Positions 62,540-64,000 of a stretch of 64,000 bases of DNA are shown here, one piece after another. This DNA is from the human T2T-CHM13v2.0 reference genome, Homo sapiens. The stretch lies in NCBI RefSeq assembly GCF_009914755.1, contig NC_060927.1; one strand, written 5' to 3'. The notes under the pieces are model-generated. The model was not told the origin of the DNA. It was given only the letters and a program-made list of their open reading frames with translations, and ran no database searches. The translations under genes were made by a program, and so were the position numbers. Within the stretch, counting starts at the first letter, position 1; each line of letters starts with the position of its first letter.

Positions 62540-62750
62540 AATGAAATACCCACTAAGAATCAGGCACTATACAAGGTATCTCATATATTTACCTCATTCA
62601 AAGTTGAATAATTACCAAAAATCTATGAAGCAGTTATCCCATCCCAATTTTACAGATGAGGAAACTGAGGCTCAGCAATTAAAGTACTTGGCCCAGAAAG
62701 CTGATCTTTGATCCACACCCAGGTCTGTCTGAATCCTAAACCTATGCCAT
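62540..62750. mobile_element. MIR
   Basis: Core TTTTACAGATGAGGAAACTGAGGCTCAG. Confidence 0.8.
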
Positions 62751-63089
62751 TTCCTTGTCCCACCCACAGTCCCCAGGAAGCAGAGATTGAGAAAAAGATA
62801 ATCATTTGGCCAAGTCTTATTGGCAAACAGAACCCAGAGCCTTCTAACACTTGATCTACTGTGCTCTCCACCTGGTATGTTGCTTCTGTAAAAAGCAAGG
62901 ACACTTCCTTCCATCGGGAGTTTATAAATCATAATCCCATTAGATTGTAAATAACATCTAGGGAAGCTATGTGCTACATGAGGGAAAGATAAGGGTGGCC
63001 AAGGGAAACTTCGAGGAAGTATAACTAAATTAATACACAGGGATCAGGGTTTAAGTATTTTATAATCAATACTCAAAACAGTAACAGTT

Positions 63090-63225
63090 AGCCAGGCACA
63101 GTGGCTCACACCTGTAATCCTAACACTTTGGGAGTCAAAGATGGGAGAATCACTTGAGCCCAGGAGTTCAAAACCAGCCTGTGCAACATAGTGAGAGACC
63201 TTGTCTCTAAGAAAATAAAAAAACA
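63090..63225 (+). mobile_element. Alu left monomer (FLAM-like)
   Basis: Single Alu arm with an A-rich tail. Confidence 0.85.
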
Positions 63226-63479
63226 ATAACAGTTAATAAAGTTTCCAGGAGTACCTTAGATAATCCCAGAATTGTATTTGTAATATTAGGAGAAGGGCTA
63301 TTTTTAATATTCTAAAATTTATCATTGGAATGCCCATAAAAATTGCCTATGAGTAGAGTCATCATTACATCAGAATAATTTATGATAATTATTTAGGACT
63401 CTGCTTTTGATAAATATGTGCTCTGTAACTACTTAATAAAGTCATGAAAAATAATTTTTAAAATATAAATGTTACTTAC

Positions 63480-63526
63480 ATATCCCAGTTTGGAGCTATC
63501 CGCAAATGCTGGATTAGCAATTGGAA
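63480..63526 (-). CDS. ULK4: ULK4 coding exon (probably exon 16), 47 nt, FQLLIQHLRIAPNWD(I)
   Basis: Minus strand reads ttcttattctag|TTCCAATTGCTA...TGGGATAT|gtaagtaac. The translation matches the ULK4 protein as recalled, and the phase-2 end joins the next exon (AT+A = Ile). Confidence 0.95.
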
Positions 63527-64000
63527 CTAGAATAAGAAATTTAAGTGTAAAGAAAAGAAAAAATTAAAATGTTTAAGTCACAAAACACAGAAAATGACAG
63601 CAAAGTTAACAGCTCAGGACTTTATACAAAGGAAATTTACACTGTACACCAAAAATGGTATTTACTAAATTACAAAGGCACTAGTATACGAATAAGATTA
63701 AAATAAAAACTAAGAACAGTATTTTTAGTTTCTCCTACCACTTTATATTCGCTAAATGACTGCCCTTACCTGATAGACACACACCAACTATCAAAAAAAG
63801 TAACCTTAATACTATCCTGGAAGCAAATGAACTTAAATTTTTTCAAGCCAATTCCCAAATGAGGGACCACTATAGAAAACACCTCCGAACCACTGTAATT
63901 CCTCTCTGAGGATGACTTCAAAAACTCTGCCAATCGATGCTTAAACATGAGCCAAAAGAAACAAAAACCAAAAAAACTCTGACAAATTCCCTTGAGCTTA

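Overview
This is hominid (most likely human) genomic DNA from inside ULK4, which is transcribed on the minus strand. It holds three intact GT-AG coding exons (63480-63526, 51331-51409, 3351-3458) reading FQLLIQHLRIAPNWDI / RAKVAHVIGLLASHTTELQENTPVVE / AIVLLTELIRENFRNSKLKQCLLPTLGELIYLVATQ. By my recollection these are exons 16-18, separated by about 12 kb and 48 kb introns. The introns are dense in repeats: over 30 Alus, L1s of several ages, a full-length SVA, a solo LTR12, MaLR and ERV1 LTRs, DNA transposons, an ATP6V0E1 retrocopy, a Y3 RNA pseudogene and a ~1.1 kb G-rich VNTR. Main observations: (1) a decayed, intronless TPRX-like (ETCHbox) homeobox retrocopy at ~49.27-49.62 kb that the ORF track misses; (2) next to it, an L2-derived alternative last exon that would end ULK4 after 28 extra residues; (3) a sense-oriented LTR12 promoter upstream of the next exon; (4) several unusual insertions, including a 60-nt retrocopy inside an Alu, an SVA 3' transduction and local templated duplications. 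Gene, repeat-family and SNP names come from memory of consensus sequences, not from database searches. Repeat boundaries are approximate unless a TSD is quoted.
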